DNA of 64,000 nt, taken from positions 4,992,001 to 5,056,000 of the forward strand of contig CP181291.1 of the NCBI GenBank assembly GCA_052279835.1. Direction: 5' to 3'. This DNA comes from Microcoleus sp. Its GTDB lineage: Bacteria > Cyanobacteriota > Cyanobacteriia > Cyanobacteriales > Microcoleaceae. The position numbers and the translations under genes were made by a program. Every line of letters starts with the position of its first letter. Position 1 is the first letter of the stretch. Below are positions 19,666-29,403 of the stretch, in pieces. The notes beneath the pieces are model-generated. The model was given only the letters and a program-made list of their open reading frames with translations, did no database searches and was not told the DNA's origin.

Positions 19666-21179
19666 TATTTCTCACCTATCTTTTCCAAGACTTCCATTGC
19701 TAATACTTCAAACTCTTGGGATGCGATTGAGTCTGGCTTAAAGTCTAACACGGAGATGGGGTCGGCAATTTCGATATCTCCGAATATTTGAGTTTGTTCT
19801 GCACACTTAGCCAAATCATCTCTTTCATAAATTACGCTTTCCATAATTTCTATACCGTAACGTTTGGGAATTGCATCCCTCCGCCTAGGCAAACTGTACT
19901 GTATAAATTTACCGTTAGTTGAGATTTTACAAGGAAGTACACCTAAAACCTGTAGAGGATTTTTGCCGATTTGTTTCTTAAATCCATTAACTTTTTTGAT
20001 GAAATCTTTGACATTAATTAATCCTTGATTCGCAAAAGGCTTTAAGTCAGAAGGAATAATTAAATAATCGGCTGCAATTAAAGCAACTCTGGCATAAAAA
20101 TTTAAAGACGGTGGCGTATCAATCAATACAATATCGTATTTATCTTGTACTTCTGCTAGTTTCTGTATCAGAATCATTCTACTGTAATCCAGTGAGTTTA
20201 GTTCTGTTTCATATTGCATTAAATCTATATGAGAAGGAATTACATCTATTGCTGGAGTGCAAAAATTAGACTTTCTAGCTACTTCTGATATTGAGTAAAA
20301 ATCCTCTGATTGTAAGATGTGCAGAATATTTTTTTGTTTCAAATCATCATCTTCTTCGTCATCAAATTTGACTAAACCTGTGGCAAAGGTTGTATTGGCT
20401 TGACTGTCTAAGTCAATCACCAAGACTCTTTTACATTGCTTGCTGAGGGCGGCGGCTAAATTGACTACGGTTGTAGTTTTGCCGACTCCGCCTTTATTGT
20501 GGTAAACAGCAATTATTTTCATAGTATTTTGACTGGTTGTGGGTGCAACTAGATCTAATTTTATTTCTGGTACAATTTCGGGAGCAAATTGCCCTATTTC
20601 TGGCACATTTTCCGGTTGGGAGATTGGATTTGGTGGCGGTTCGAGGTGGGCTGGATGATTTAGAGCGATCGCTATTTCGTTAGTCAAATCAGGAGTAACT
20701 AAATTTAGTTGACTATCTTTTAGTTCGAGTTTTTCTGGACTTTTGATGATTCTTAAACTATCTCTGCCAATTAAAGCAATAATTTCATCGATTCTGGTTT
20801 CAAGCTCTTGGCCAGAGCAATTGAATACTAGCTGAATCTCGGAGGCTGCTATTTCATATATTCTAATTTCTTTCGCATTGGTGATCAATCCGTAGCGAAT
20901 GTTTAAGCTTGTTAAGTAACGTTTCAGTCTCCTGATGTGGCGGTCTAATTTTTCCTTCGGATGTTTCGCCTCAATTACGACGCTCATTGGCGAGTCGGCA
21001 TCGATGACTATGGGGAGAACTTGGGTGGCGAAGGATAGGAAGTCTAGACGGATATTCCCAAAGGCTATTTCTTGGTGCCAATTGTCGGGGGTATAGCCCA
21101 GTTTTGGCAGTAGATAGCTGACAATTAGTTTGGTTTCTACTTCGCTTTCGTTGCGGCAGTTATTGGGATTAAAAGTCAA
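19665..21179 (-). CDS. Fusion of a type I HsdR-N-like PD-(D/E)xK nuclease domain and a ParA/Soj ATPase
   Basis: N-terminal NESEVETK...RLDF...VIEAK...YGLITN. C-terminal deviant Walker A HNKGGVGKTT, IDLDSQAN and IDTPPSL. Confidence 0.88.
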   Translation of the reverse strand: MTFNPNNCRNESEVETKLIVSYLLPKLGYTPDNWHQEIAFGNIRLDFLSFATQVLPIVIDADSPMSVVIEAKHPKEKLDRHIRRLKRYLTSLNIRYGLITNAKEIRIYEIAASEIQLVFNCSGQELETRIDEIIALIGRDSLRIIKSPEKLELKDSQLNLVTPDLTNEIAIALNHPAHLEPPPNPISQPENVPEIGQFAPEIVPEIKLDLVAPTTSQNTMKIIAVYHNKGGVGKTTTVVNLAAALSKQCKRVLVIDLDSQANTTFATGLVKFDDEEDDDLKQKNILHILQSEDFYSISEVARKSNFCTPAIDVIPSHIDLMQYETELNSLDYSRMILIQKLAEVQDKYDIVLIDTPPSLNFYARVALIAADYLIIPSDLKPFANQGLINVKDFIKKVNGFKKQIGKNPLQVLGVLPCKISTNGKFIQYSLPRRRDAIPKRYGIEIMESVIYERDDLAKCAEQTQIFGDIEIADPISVLDFKPDSIASQEFEVLAMEVLEKIGEK

Positions 21180-21182
21180 TCG

Positions 21183-21440
21183 ATTTTAGATTTTAGATTT
21201 TGGATTTTAGATTGGGGAATTGGGAATTGGGAATTGGGAATTGGGAATTATTAACCAATAACCCTTCGACTACGCGAGCGGGCGACGCTAGGCGGTTCCT
21301 GAGCGGAGTCGAAGGGCTGGGTACAGTAAATAACCAATAACCAATAACCAATAACCCTTCGACTACGCGAGCCGGCGACGCTTCGCTCAGGGCGACGCCA
21401 ATAACCAATAACTAATGACTGCTGACTAATGACTGCTGAC
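21183..21440. repeat. Composite intergenic repeat tract (ATTTTAG, GGGAATT, TAACCAA heptamers and two CCCTTCGACTACGC REP-like units)
   Basis: Read directly. Related CCCTTCGACT units recur at about 47025-47175. Confidence 0.85.
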
Positions 21441-22492
21441 TACTTAGCTTGAGCTTTAAAATCTTCCAATGTCAGATAGCCACCAGCGGGATCGTATAGG
21501 TGACAGTTGTCGGCAATCCGCTTCATCAAAGACCAAGAAAATTTGGTTTCATAGAGATGATTTTGCCAATTTTCTTTCAAGCTACTGTGGGCGACGCGCA
21601 AGTTATACCAGGGAATTGCTGTTGACAAGTGGTGGGGAACGTGGACGTTAATGTCGTGGCACAGGAACTCTACCCAGCGAGGATAATCGCAGTGAACTGT
21701 TCCCGATAGTTGCGCTTGGGCTTCGTTCCATTCTGAAGGTTCTTTGAATGAAATGTCTGGTGCGGTGTGGTGAACAATGGTGAATGTGCTCATCCAGAAA
21801 TGGTAAACCATCCAGGGCAGTAACCAAAATTTGACGAATCCCCAGATGCCTGTTGTGGCAATTAAAATCGGAAATAAGATCGCAGCACCGATTAAAACCA
21901 CTAACACAGAAAAGCGGACTTGTTCTTGTTTCTGTTGGCCTTTGAAGCGCCACCACATGAAGTGTACTTTTGCCCAATGGGCGATCGAGCCTACCCACCA
22001 TAGCGGACCAAAAATTAAACTATAAGCTATTTGTAAAGCCTTGGGAGCAGCAGCGTAGTCTTCTGCTCTCATGGGCTGCCAAGCATTATCTTCCCCAATT
22101 TTGTTGGTATGCTTGTGGTGATAATTATGTCCGTGACGCCATGCGTGAAACGGGTACATTAATGGCAAAAATGCTAGATGTCCGACTAAATCGTTTACCC
22201 AGCGGCGGTTAGAAAATGACCGGTGTCCGCAGTCGTGCCCGATCACAAAAAAACCGGTTAATGCAGTACCTGTGAAAATCCACATTACTGGTAGTAGAAA
22301 CCAAGGGGATACTGCTAGGCCCCAGTAACCGACAGCAACTAGCAAAACGTTGATGATGACTTTTGTCCAAGCTTTGCGGGGGTTTTTGACGAATACTTCC
22401 CGCGGCAGGGTTTTGAGAATATCTTTGAGGCGCAAGTTGGAAGTATCACTTGCGGATGTCAAATTTAGTGGTTTTTCGATCGATGCTGTCAT
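21440..22492 (-). CDS. desA: Delta-12 acyl-lipid desaturase
   Basis: His boxes GHDCGH, HNYHH and HVPHH; FWMSTFTIVHHT and HCDYPRWVEFLCHDIN are typical of cyanobacterial DesA. Confidence 0.92.
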   Translation of the reverse strand: MTASIEKPLNLTSASDTSNLRLKDILKTLPREVFVKNPRKAWTKVIINVLLVAVGYWGLAVSPWFLLPVMWIFTGTALTGFFVIGHDCGHRSFSNRRWVNDLVGHLAFLPLMYPFHAWRHGHNYHHKHTNKIGEDNAWQPMRAEDYAAAPKALQIAYSLIFGPLWWVGSIAHWAKVHFMWWRFKGQQKQEQVRFSVLVVLIGAAILFPILIATTGIWGFVKFWLLPWMVYHFWMSTFTIVHHTAPDISFKEPSEWNEAQAQLSGTVHCDYPRWVEFLCHDINVHVPHHLSTAIPWYNLRVAHSSLKENWQNHLYETKFSWSLMKRIADNCHLYDPAGGYLTLEDFKAQAK

Positions 22493-22786
22493 AAACTCTC
22501 TTGGAATGTTTGGAAATCCCCAACTAGAAGTTGGGGATCGATCTAGATTTTCCCTGTACCAGTAGAACCGGTCACAAAATTAACGCAGTACCATGTCGCC
22601 TGCTGCAAGTCAGCAGCAGGCTAGTTTAGGTAGGCGATCGCGTTTTAACAAGCGCGTTTTAACAAATGCTAGCTATCGCTAGCCGCAGATTAATTGGCTA
22701 GCGCTTTTGGTTAAAAAAACACTGCGGTTAACAAAACTTTACTTTTTATACCACAGGGGCGGCACAATTAGCACGAGTTGCTACTA

Positions 22787-23074
22787 CTAATTGTTGTTGC
22801 TACCAGCAGAATTTTGGCCGATCGCAACTTGAGAGCCAGCAACAGAGCGTTGATGTTTGAGGGTTTGCACTTGTAGCAGCAAGGATTCGATTTCTGCTTG
22901 CAGGTGCAGAAATTTAACTTGGTGGTCGGCTTGATACGGAGACTTCGCAGACTCTACTTTCCGGGTGAAACCGGTCGGTAGGGCAGAAGAACTAGCCATT
23001 TCGGGATTGCTAGCCGTGATTTGAGGCCGAGAAAGAGTGGATGAATTATTTGACATTAGTAATTGGGTAGACAT
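22787..23074 (-). CDS. Hypothetical cyanobacterial protein
   Basis: 95-aa ORF with the helical segment YQADHQVKFLHLQAEIESLL; function unknown. Confidence 0.65.
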   Translation of the reverse strand: MSTQLLMSNNSSTLSRPQITASNPEMASSSALPTGFTRKVESAKSPYQADHQVKFLHLQAEIESLLLQVQTLKHQRSVAGSQVAIGQNSAGSNNN

Positions 23075-23194
23075 ATCTACACATTCACACCATTAAGTTA
23101 CTTTAACCTGAACCGATCGTATTAAACATCAAATTAACCGATCGAGCTAAAATTGGTGTAAATTCCTCGGCCATTGCCTAAAACCATTGACATC

Positions 23195-24319
23195 GTGACC
23201 CTGATTCTACCTGTAACTGACTCTGCTCATAACCCTGCTGCCCGCGCAGCCATGCCCAAACACTACGGCTGGCCTGGCTTGATCGAAGCTTATCGCCCCT
23301 ACCTGCCGGTGACGGAAACCACGCCGGTAGTGACACTCCAAGAAGGCAACACTCCCCTGATTCCAGCACCTGCGATCGCCGCTCTCATCGGTAGAGACGT
23401 GCGAGTCCTGGTCAAATACGACGGCCTCAACCCCACTGGTAGTTTCAAAGACCGGGGGATGACAATGGCGATTTCCAAGGCCAAGGAAGCAGGTGCCAAA
23501 GCTGTAATTTGCGCCAGTACGGGCAATACTTCCGCAGCAGCCGCCGCCTACGCCCGACGTGGCGGAATGCGAGCTTTCGTGTTGATTCCCGAAGGTTACG
23601 TGGCTTTGGGCAAGTTGGCCCAAGCTTTGCTGTACGGTGCGGAAGTGATTTCGATTCAAGGAAATTTCGATCGGGCTTTAGAAATTGTCCGCGAAATGGC
23701 CGTCAACTACCCCGTGACATTGGTAAATTCGGTGAATCCTTACCGATTGGAAGGCCAAAAAACCGGAGCTTTTGAAGTCGTTGACGCTTTGGGCGATGCC
23801 CCCGACTGGCTGTGCATTCCCGTCGGAAATGCGGGAAATATCACAGCATACTGGATGGGGTTTTGTCAATACCATCAAGCCAAAAAATGTTCGCGCTTAC
23901 CAAAGATGATGGGATTTCAGGCGGCGGGGGCTGCGCCTTTGGTGACGGGACATCCGGTGTCGCACCCGGAAACTCTGGCGACAGCGATTCGGATCGGCAA
24001 CCCAGCTAGCTGGAAACAGGCGATCGCAGCTTCCGAAGCCAGCCGCGGCAGTTTTAGTGCTGTCACCGACGCCGAAATTCTGGATGCTTACCGTTTGTTA
24101 GCATCCCAGGAAGGAATTTTCTGCGAACCTGCGAGTGCAGCTTCTGTGGCCGGTTTGCTGAAAGTAAAAGACCAAGTTCCGACGGGAGCGACGGTGGTTT
24201 GCGTGCTGACTGGTAATGGTTTAAAAGACCCAGATACGGCAATTAATCACAGCAACAATCAGTTTAAAAATGGCATTGCTCCGACTTTGGATGCGGTAGC
24301 TGGGGCGATGGGATTTTAA
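23195..24319 (+). CDS. thrC: Threonine synthase
   Basis: [18 protein letters not shown] (PLP Lys), [15 protein letters not shown] and LTGNGLKD. Exact start uncertain (23174/23195/23252). Confidence 0.97.
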   Translation: MTLILPVTDSAHNPAARAAMPKHYGWPGLIEAYRPYLPVTETTPVVTLQEGNTPLIPAPAIAALIGRDVRVLVKYDGLNPTGSFKDRGMTMAISKAKEAGAKAVICASTGNTSAAAAAYARRGGMRAFVLIPEGYVALGKLAQALLYGAEVISIQGNFDRALEIVREMAVNYPVTLVNSVNPYRLEGQKTGAFEVVDALGDAPDWLCIPVGNAGNITAYWMGFCQYHQAKKCSRLPKMMGFQAAGAAPLVTGHPVSHPETLATAIRIGNPASWKQAIAASEASRGSFSAVTDAEILDAYRLLASQEGIFCEPASAASVAGLLKVKDQVPTGATVVCVLTGNGLKDPDTAINHSNNQFKNGIAPTLDAVAGAMGF

Positions 24320-24529
24320 GAAGAAGGAAGAAGGGAACGACACGGATTTGGACACGGAGAGACCGATGAATTTAACTGAGTTTTATTTCAGGAGATATGA
24401 ATACTCTCTGTCCTTTTCTGTGTTTTTTCTTCTTCTGTCAAGGGGATGTCCCTGATGGGAGCCAAATCCGTTGCCAAATTTCCTTCGGCTATAATAGGAT
24501 TACCTATCAAACAGTTTTGAGAAAAAGTT

Positions 24530-25165
24530 ATGTTACTAACCAAACCTCGTGCCGATCGAGTAGTTCTATATAATATCAGTTGGCAACAATTTGAGAAGTT
24601 GCTCGCGGATTTGGGTGAAAGCCGTGCTGCTAGATTCGCCTATGACAATGGAACTTTAGAAATTATGACACCCTTACCCGAACATGAATACTACAAAGAA
24701 ACGATCGGCGATACTGTTAAAGATATAGCTGAAGTATTGGAGCAAGACTACGAAAGTCTAGGATCAACCACTTGGAAACGAGAAATCCAAAAAGCTGGGG
24801 TAGAACCAGACAATTGTTTCTATTTCCAAAATGAGTCCAAAATTCGTGGCAAACTCCAGTTTAATTTGGAACAAGATCCGCCACCGGATTTGGCTTTAGA
24901 AATAGACGTAACAAGTAAATCTCTCAGTCGTTTTCCGATTTATGCTCGGTTGGGTGTGCCTGAAATTTGGTGTTATGATTCGGGTGAACTGAAAATCTAC
25001 CAACGGTCGGGGAAAGAATATATAGAGGTACAAAATAGCTCAATTTTTCCCACTCTTCCCATACAAGAAATACCGAAATTAATCGAGCAAAATCGTTATT
25101 CGGGGCGGATTTCTTTGCGTAAAGCCGTGCGAGCATGGACTAGAGAAAAATCGCGAGAACTCTAA
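24530..25165 (+). CDS. Uma2 (DUF820) family PD-(D/E)xK endonuclease-like protein
   Basis: ISWQQFE, LEIMTPLPEHE, EPDNCFY, PPPDLALEID and YARLGVPEIW motifs. Confidence 0.93.
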   Translation: MLLTKPRADRVVLYNISWQQFEKLLADLGESRAARFAYDNGTLEIMTPLPEHEYYKETIGDTVKDIAEVLEQDYESLGSTTWKREIQKAGVEPDNCFYFQNESKIRGKLQFNLEQDPPPDLALEIDVTSKSLSRFPIYARLGVPEIWCYDSGELKIYQRSGKEYIEVQNSSIFPTLPIQEIPKLIEQNRYSGRISLRKAVRAWTREKSREL

Positions 25166-25488
25166 GATGTTTCTCAATCATCAAATTTAGACTAATATCG
25201 CGAACCGATAAAACTTATTAATATACCCATTAGATTAGCTACATTATTCAGTAAATACTTCTGGGGAGAAAACTCAGATTTTGCCGATCGACCAATCTTA
25301 AGTTGTTACCAAGGGCTTGTGCCATCAGATCGATCGCCAATCACACTCCTTCTTTAGAAAGAGGAAATCAAGCGACTGCCTTCTTAACATTGTAAGAGTT
25401 GACAGCCCGCAGTTAGGGCATACTAGGCCGTGCTTAGGGTGGCAAGAGAGCTGCTGTCGGCGTTAGTAGTTGCTTGAAGGAAGGATTT

Positions 25489-26553
25489 ATGGGTATCAGC
25501 AGACGCGAGTTGTTAAAGGTAACTTCTGCTTCCGGTGTGGTGGCAGCAGGGCTGGCTGCTTCGGAAGGGTTTTTGAAACCTGTGTTAGCTCAAGATGAAC
25601 CGACCCAACTATTAGCCCAAGGTGAAGTTGGTCAAGCTCAAACCAAAAGCGGGGAGATGATTTACAGAACTCTGGGGCGGACTGGAGAGCGAGTGTCTGC
25701 TATTGGTCTTGGGGGACACCATATCGGACGCCTGCGAGAGGAGCAAGATAGTATTAAGTTGATCCGAAGTGCGATCGATCGTGGGATCAATTTTATGGAC
25801 AACTCCTGGGACTATCACAACGGACGCAGCCACCGCTGGATGGGTGCAGCCCTTAAGGATGGCTATCGGGAAAAGGTGTTTTTGATGACCAAAATCGACG
25901 GTCGCACTAAGGGCGCTGCGATGATGCAGATTGACGATTCGTTGAAGTCGTTGCAGACCGATCGCATTGACCTGATGCAGCATCATGAAGTTATTCGGAT
26001 GGAAGACCCCGATCGCATTTTTGGGGGTGGTGGAGCAATGGAAGCTGTGGTGGAAGCGCAGAAGGCGGGCAAGATTCGCTACATCGGGTTTACAGGACAC
26101 AAAGACCCTTTAGTTCACTTGCGGATGCTGGAACTTGCCACTCAAAACAATTTCCGTTTCGACACGGTACAGATGCCACTAAATGTGATGGATGGTCATT
26201 TCAGAAGTTTCGAGCAACAAGTTTTGCCGGTGCTGGTGAAGAACCAAATGGGTGTGTTGGGGATGAAATCTATGGGCGATTCCTATGTACTTAGAAGCAA
26301 TACTGTTACCCCCATCGAATGTCTACACTATGCGATGAATCTGCCTACTTCTGTGGTGATTACTGGTATTGATACGATGCAACTCTTGGATCAAGCCTTT
26401 GAAGCAGTCCGCACGTTTGTGCCGATGGATCGAGCACAAGTGGCGGCGATGTTGAATCGCACTCGCGAGGCGGCGCTGAAAGGGCAGTACGAACTTTATA
26501 AGACCAGCAGTCAATTTGATAGTACGGCAATGAACCCATCATGGCTGGGATAG
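25489..26553 (+). CDS. Aldo/keto reductase with Tat-like signal
   Basis: YRTLGRTG, IGLGG, DNSWDY, FLMTK and DLMQHH motifs. N-terminal SRRELLK twin-arginine motif. Confidence 0.92.
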   Translation: MGISRRELLKVTSASGVVAAGLAASEGFLKPVLAQDEPTQLLAQGEVGQAQTKSGEMIYRTLGRTGERVSAIGLGGHHIGRLREEQDSIKLIRSAIDRGINFMDNSWDYHNGRSHRWMGAALKDGYREKVFLMTKIDGRTKGAAMMQIDDSLKSLQTDRIDLMQHHEVIRMEDPDRIFGGGGAMEAVVEAQKAGKIRYIGFTGHKDPLVHLRMLELATQNNFRFDTVQMPLNVMDGHFRSFEQQVLPVLVKNQMGVLGMKSMGDSYVLRSNTVTPIECLHYAMNLPTSVVITGIDTMQLLDQAFEAVRTFVPMDRAQVAAMLNRTREAALKGQYELYKTSSQFDSTAMNPSWLG

Positions 26554-26604
26554 TTGCAGATGCGATCGTTTAGCACCCCACAAATAATCACTAATAACTA
26601 ATGA

Positions 26605-27219
26605 CTACTCCCCAAAAGGTGGTAGCTGAAGTAACTGATTTTTAGAAGGTGGAAGTTGGCCCTGATTGTGGCGAATTTCGATCGCAGTTTCGCCGGGATT
26701 TCCGGTGGTAACAGGTACTATTTCCAAAGAATATGCTGTCTCTGTTTTTACAGGGGCAGGATTTTTGGCTTTGGTGAGCAAGTCCACGGCGTCTCCTAGG
26801 GCGCTAGTTAAATTTTTGCTAGTTTCGGCGTGGCGTGCTTCTTCTTGTTTGAGGGCTTGAGTCAGTTGTTTGATTTGTTCGATCGCCCGATCGCGCTCTT
26901 GGAGTACCATAACTAATTTAGCTTTAAGTTCCCCCACTGTTTGCAGTTGTTCCACTTCTTCCAGGCGGGCAATTCCAGTTGCTTCGCCTTCCGATACAAT
27001 GGGAGAGAAAGTTTGGAGTTGCTGTATTTGTGTTTCTAAATTGGCGATCGTTTGCTGAGTGAGTTTAGTATCATTGCGGCGCTGTTCGGCTTCGGTATTG
27101 TAGAGTTGGCGCCACTGAGCCGCACTTTCGCCCGCCTCATCGCGATCGCGCGAAACTTCTGTTAACTGCTGTTGCAGCCGCTTGATTTCATCTAACCACT
27201 GTCTGACATCTTGAACCAT
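26605..27219 (-). CDS. Coiled-coil hypothetical protein
   Basis: 204-aa heptad-rich ORF (QWRQLYNTEAEQRR...LTSALGDAVD); function unknown. Confidence 0.8.
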   Translation of the reverse strand: MVQDVRQWLDEIKRLQQQLTEVSRDRDEAGESAAQWRQLYNTEAEQRRNDTKLTQQTIANLETQIQQLQTFSPIVSEGEATGIARLEEVEQLQTVGELKAKLVMVLQERDRAIEQIKQLTQALKQEEARHAETSKNLTSALGDAVDLLTKAKNPAPVKTETAYSLEIVPVTTGNPGETAIEIRHNQGQLPPSKNQLLQLPPFGE

Positions 27220-27223
27220 ATTG

Positions 27224-27285
27224 ATTTTAGATTGGGGAATTGGGAATTGGCAATTGCGAATTGCGAATTGCGAATTGCGAATTGG
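27224..27285. repeat. STRR heptamer tract (GGGAATT/GCGAATT)
   Basis: Read directly. Confidence 0.85.
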
Positions 27286-27302
27286 TAATAGCTTAATTAA
27301 TT

Positions 27303-28319
27303 ATGAACATTTATTACTGGCTGCGCTACCTGATTTTAGCTTTATTTCGGGTGCTTTGGAAGCTGCTGAGAGCTATCAAACAGAAATTTAGTCACTTTTG
27401 GCTATTTTGTCGGTGTTTGAGTTGGGGCACGCTTAGGGAGGTCTGCGTGAAGGCAGGAGAGCAGCGGTTGCCGGGGCTATCGGCGGAAATGGCCTACAAT
27501 TCTATGCTGGCGCTGTTTCCGGGGTTGTTGGCGGTGTTATCGGCGATCGCCCTTTTTGAACCTTTGCAATCAACACTTTATCAAATCGCCGGTCTTTTGG
27601 GCGAAGTCATACCGGATGATGTGCGCAATTTGATTCGGAGTTCCCTCAAAGAAATCCTTTTATATCGCAACCAACAACTATTTTCTCTGAGTTTTGTAGC
27701 ATCCTTGTGGGCTTTTTCTGGAGTAATGAGCGCGGCAATGGCTGCACTCGATCGCATTCATGAAATTCCGCCCGATCGCACGCGCCATTTTTTGAATGCC
27801 AAACTGATTTCTTTGACCCTGAGTATCGGTACAATTATACTATTAATTATGGCATCGGGAGCAGTATTTATCAGCGATTTAATTGTACAAGCTATTGCCC
27901 GCGAGAGTTGTCTGCTGGAATCCGTTGCTAATTGCAATTTAAAAGATGTTAAAAATTGCTTATCCTTGGTTAAAAATTGCCCTTTGGAGTCGCAACTATT
28001 GGCTGTTTGGCGGTTGTGGCGCTGGCCGATTGCTTTGGGAATTATCTCAGTTGCATTTGCTTTTATTTACCGCTATGGGCCGAGTCGCCACAAAAGAAAT
28101 ATACCGATTTTTTCTGGTGCTGTTTTTGCGGCTGTTTTGTGGGCGCTGATTTCAGCTTTGTTTCGCTTCTACGTTTTGCATTTGGGCAATTACAGTTGGA
28201 CTTACGGGACGATCGGCACTTTTATTGTTTTGCTATTGTGGCTCGATCTTTGTTCTTTAGTAATGCTAATTGGCGCTCAGTTGAATGTGACTGTTGGAAA
28301 AGCAATGAAACTCAAATAA
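27303..28319 (+). CDS. YihY/virulence factor BrkB family membrane protein
   Basis: SAEMAYNSMLALFP, YRYGP and YGTIGTFIVLLLWL...IGAQLN motifs. Confidence 0.92.
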   Translation: MNIYYWLRYLILALFRVLWKLLRAIKQKFSHFWLFCRCLSWGTLREVCVKAGEQRLPGLSAEMAYNSMLALFPGLLAVLSAIALFEPLQSTLYQIAGLLGEVIPDDVRNLIRSSLKEILLYRNQQLFSLSFVASLWAFSGVMSAAMAALDRIHEIPPDRTRHFLNAKLISLTLSIGTIILLIMASGAVFISDLIVQAIARESCLLESVANCNLKDVKNCLSLVKNCPLESQLLAVWRLWRWPIALGIISVAFAFIYRYGPSRHKRNIPIFSGAVFAAVLWALISALFRFYVLHLGNYSWTYGTIGTFIVLLLWLDLCSLVMLIGAQLNVTVGKAMKLK

Positions 28320-28435
28320 TGGGAATTGGGCATTGGGCATTGGGCATTGGGCATTGGGCATCAGTTTTGTTGTTTGTTATTTCATAATTGCTCCTTCTTC
28401 CTTCTTCCTTCTTCCTTCTTCCTTCTTCCTTCTTT
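28320..28435. repeat. STRR heptamer tracts (TTGGGCA)n and (TTCCTTC)n
   Basis: Read directly between convergent genes. Confidence 0.85.
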
Positions 28436-28452
28436 TATTACCGGATACCAAA

Positions 28453-28641
28453 TTACCTACGCAGTAGAGTGGTGAGGATACCCGCGACAAAAGACAGCAA
28501 AATCAGTATCCAAATCACCACACCGGGAATGAACGTCAAGAGGCCAACACCTCTAAGAATCCAAACTAACAAGGTGATGCCCAATATAGCCCAAAATATG
28601 CGGGTAGATAGTCGCATTTGAAATCTAGGAGAATTAGTCAT
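28453..28641 (-). CDS. Small two-TM membrane protein
   Basis: LGITLLVWILRGVGLLTFIPGVVIWILILLS resembles a small cyanobacterial membrane protein. Start at 28641 or 28617. Confidence 0.7.
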   Translation of the reverse strand: MTNSPRFQMRLSTRIFWAILGITLLVWILRGVGLLTFIPGVVIWILILLSFVAGILTTLLRR

Positions 28642-29302
28642 GTTCAATATTAAAGTTTTGTCTGGATCGATGATAGCTGTTTTGTTGGCGATCGGCTCTT
28701 ATCTGGGAGCAATATCAAATCCCGGTGTCGCTGTGGCGCGTGTCAGTACCAACGCGCAGCCAAAAGTGGCTAATGCTGCTCAAAAAGCTGCTTCTGCAAG
28801 TGTAGCAATTAGCGATCGCGCAATGGGAGCGGCCCAGGTGGGGATGACTTTCGGACAACTGAAAAAGACTTTGGGTGCGACGGCGCAGTTTAAGGTTGAG
28901 TCTCCTTTTATGGTTGACTTTGATGCTGTGGCCCTCAGCCAGTCGGGAAAAGTGCAATATCGGATTATTTATGCTGCGGGTACTAAGCTGAAAGATACGG
29001 ATGTCATTGAACTATTGATGACTGACAATCCCAATTATAAAACAGCTCAGGGCGTCGGGCCGGGAATGACTCTGAAACAAGCAGAGGCAATTTACGGCAA
29101 AGCTACTTTATCTTATAATGTGGATAATGAAATGAGAGAAAATGTGGTTTTCGCCAAGCAACCCACTAACAAAATTATGTTTGTACCCAAGGCTGAAGGG
29201 AAGCAATTTGCGGGAGTTTATGGCGCTGGTCAAGGGGGTTTTTATCAGACTAAGAAGTATCAGTCGAATGCTGTGATTAAGTCTGTGATGGTGCGGAAGT
29301 AA
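28640..29302 (+). CDS. Secreted hypothetical protein
   Basis: Signal-peptide-like N-terminus, AGGAG RBS 8 nt upstream, two GMT-like internal repeats (VGMTFGQL; GPGMTLKQA). Confidence 0.8.
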   Translation: MFNIKVLSGSMIAVLLAIGSYLGAISNPGVAVARVSTNAQPKVANAAQKAASASVAISDRAMGAAQVGMTFGQLKKTLGATAQFKVESPFMVDFDAVALSQSGKVQYRIIYAAGTKLKDTDVIELLMTDNPNYKTAQGVGPGMTLKQAEAIYGKATLSYNVDNEMRENVVFAKQPTNKIMFVPKAEGKQFAGVYGAGQGGFYQTKKYQSNAVIKSVMVRK

Positions 29303-29390
29303 CTCGGCGATTGAAATCGCGTCTACAAAAACAAAGTCACTCGGCGATTGAAATCGCGTCTACAAAAACAAAGTCCGCCTGCGCGGACTC
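29303..29390. repeat. Tandem duplicated REP-like unit (CTCGGCGATTGAAATCGCGTCTACAAAAACAAAGTC x2) ending in the AGTCCGCCTGCGCGGACT hairpin
   Basis: Read directly. The same hairpin occurs at about 8792-8811, and related arms occur at 58850-59320. Confidence 0.85.
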
Positions 29391-29403
29391 AAGAAAATAG
29401 AAA

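Noticed and set aside
25398..25461. Possible structured leader/riboswitch before the aldo/keto reductase (GTTGACAGC...GCTGTCGGC pairing)
   Set aside because: No recognisable riboswitch consensus; it would need an Rfam/covariation search.
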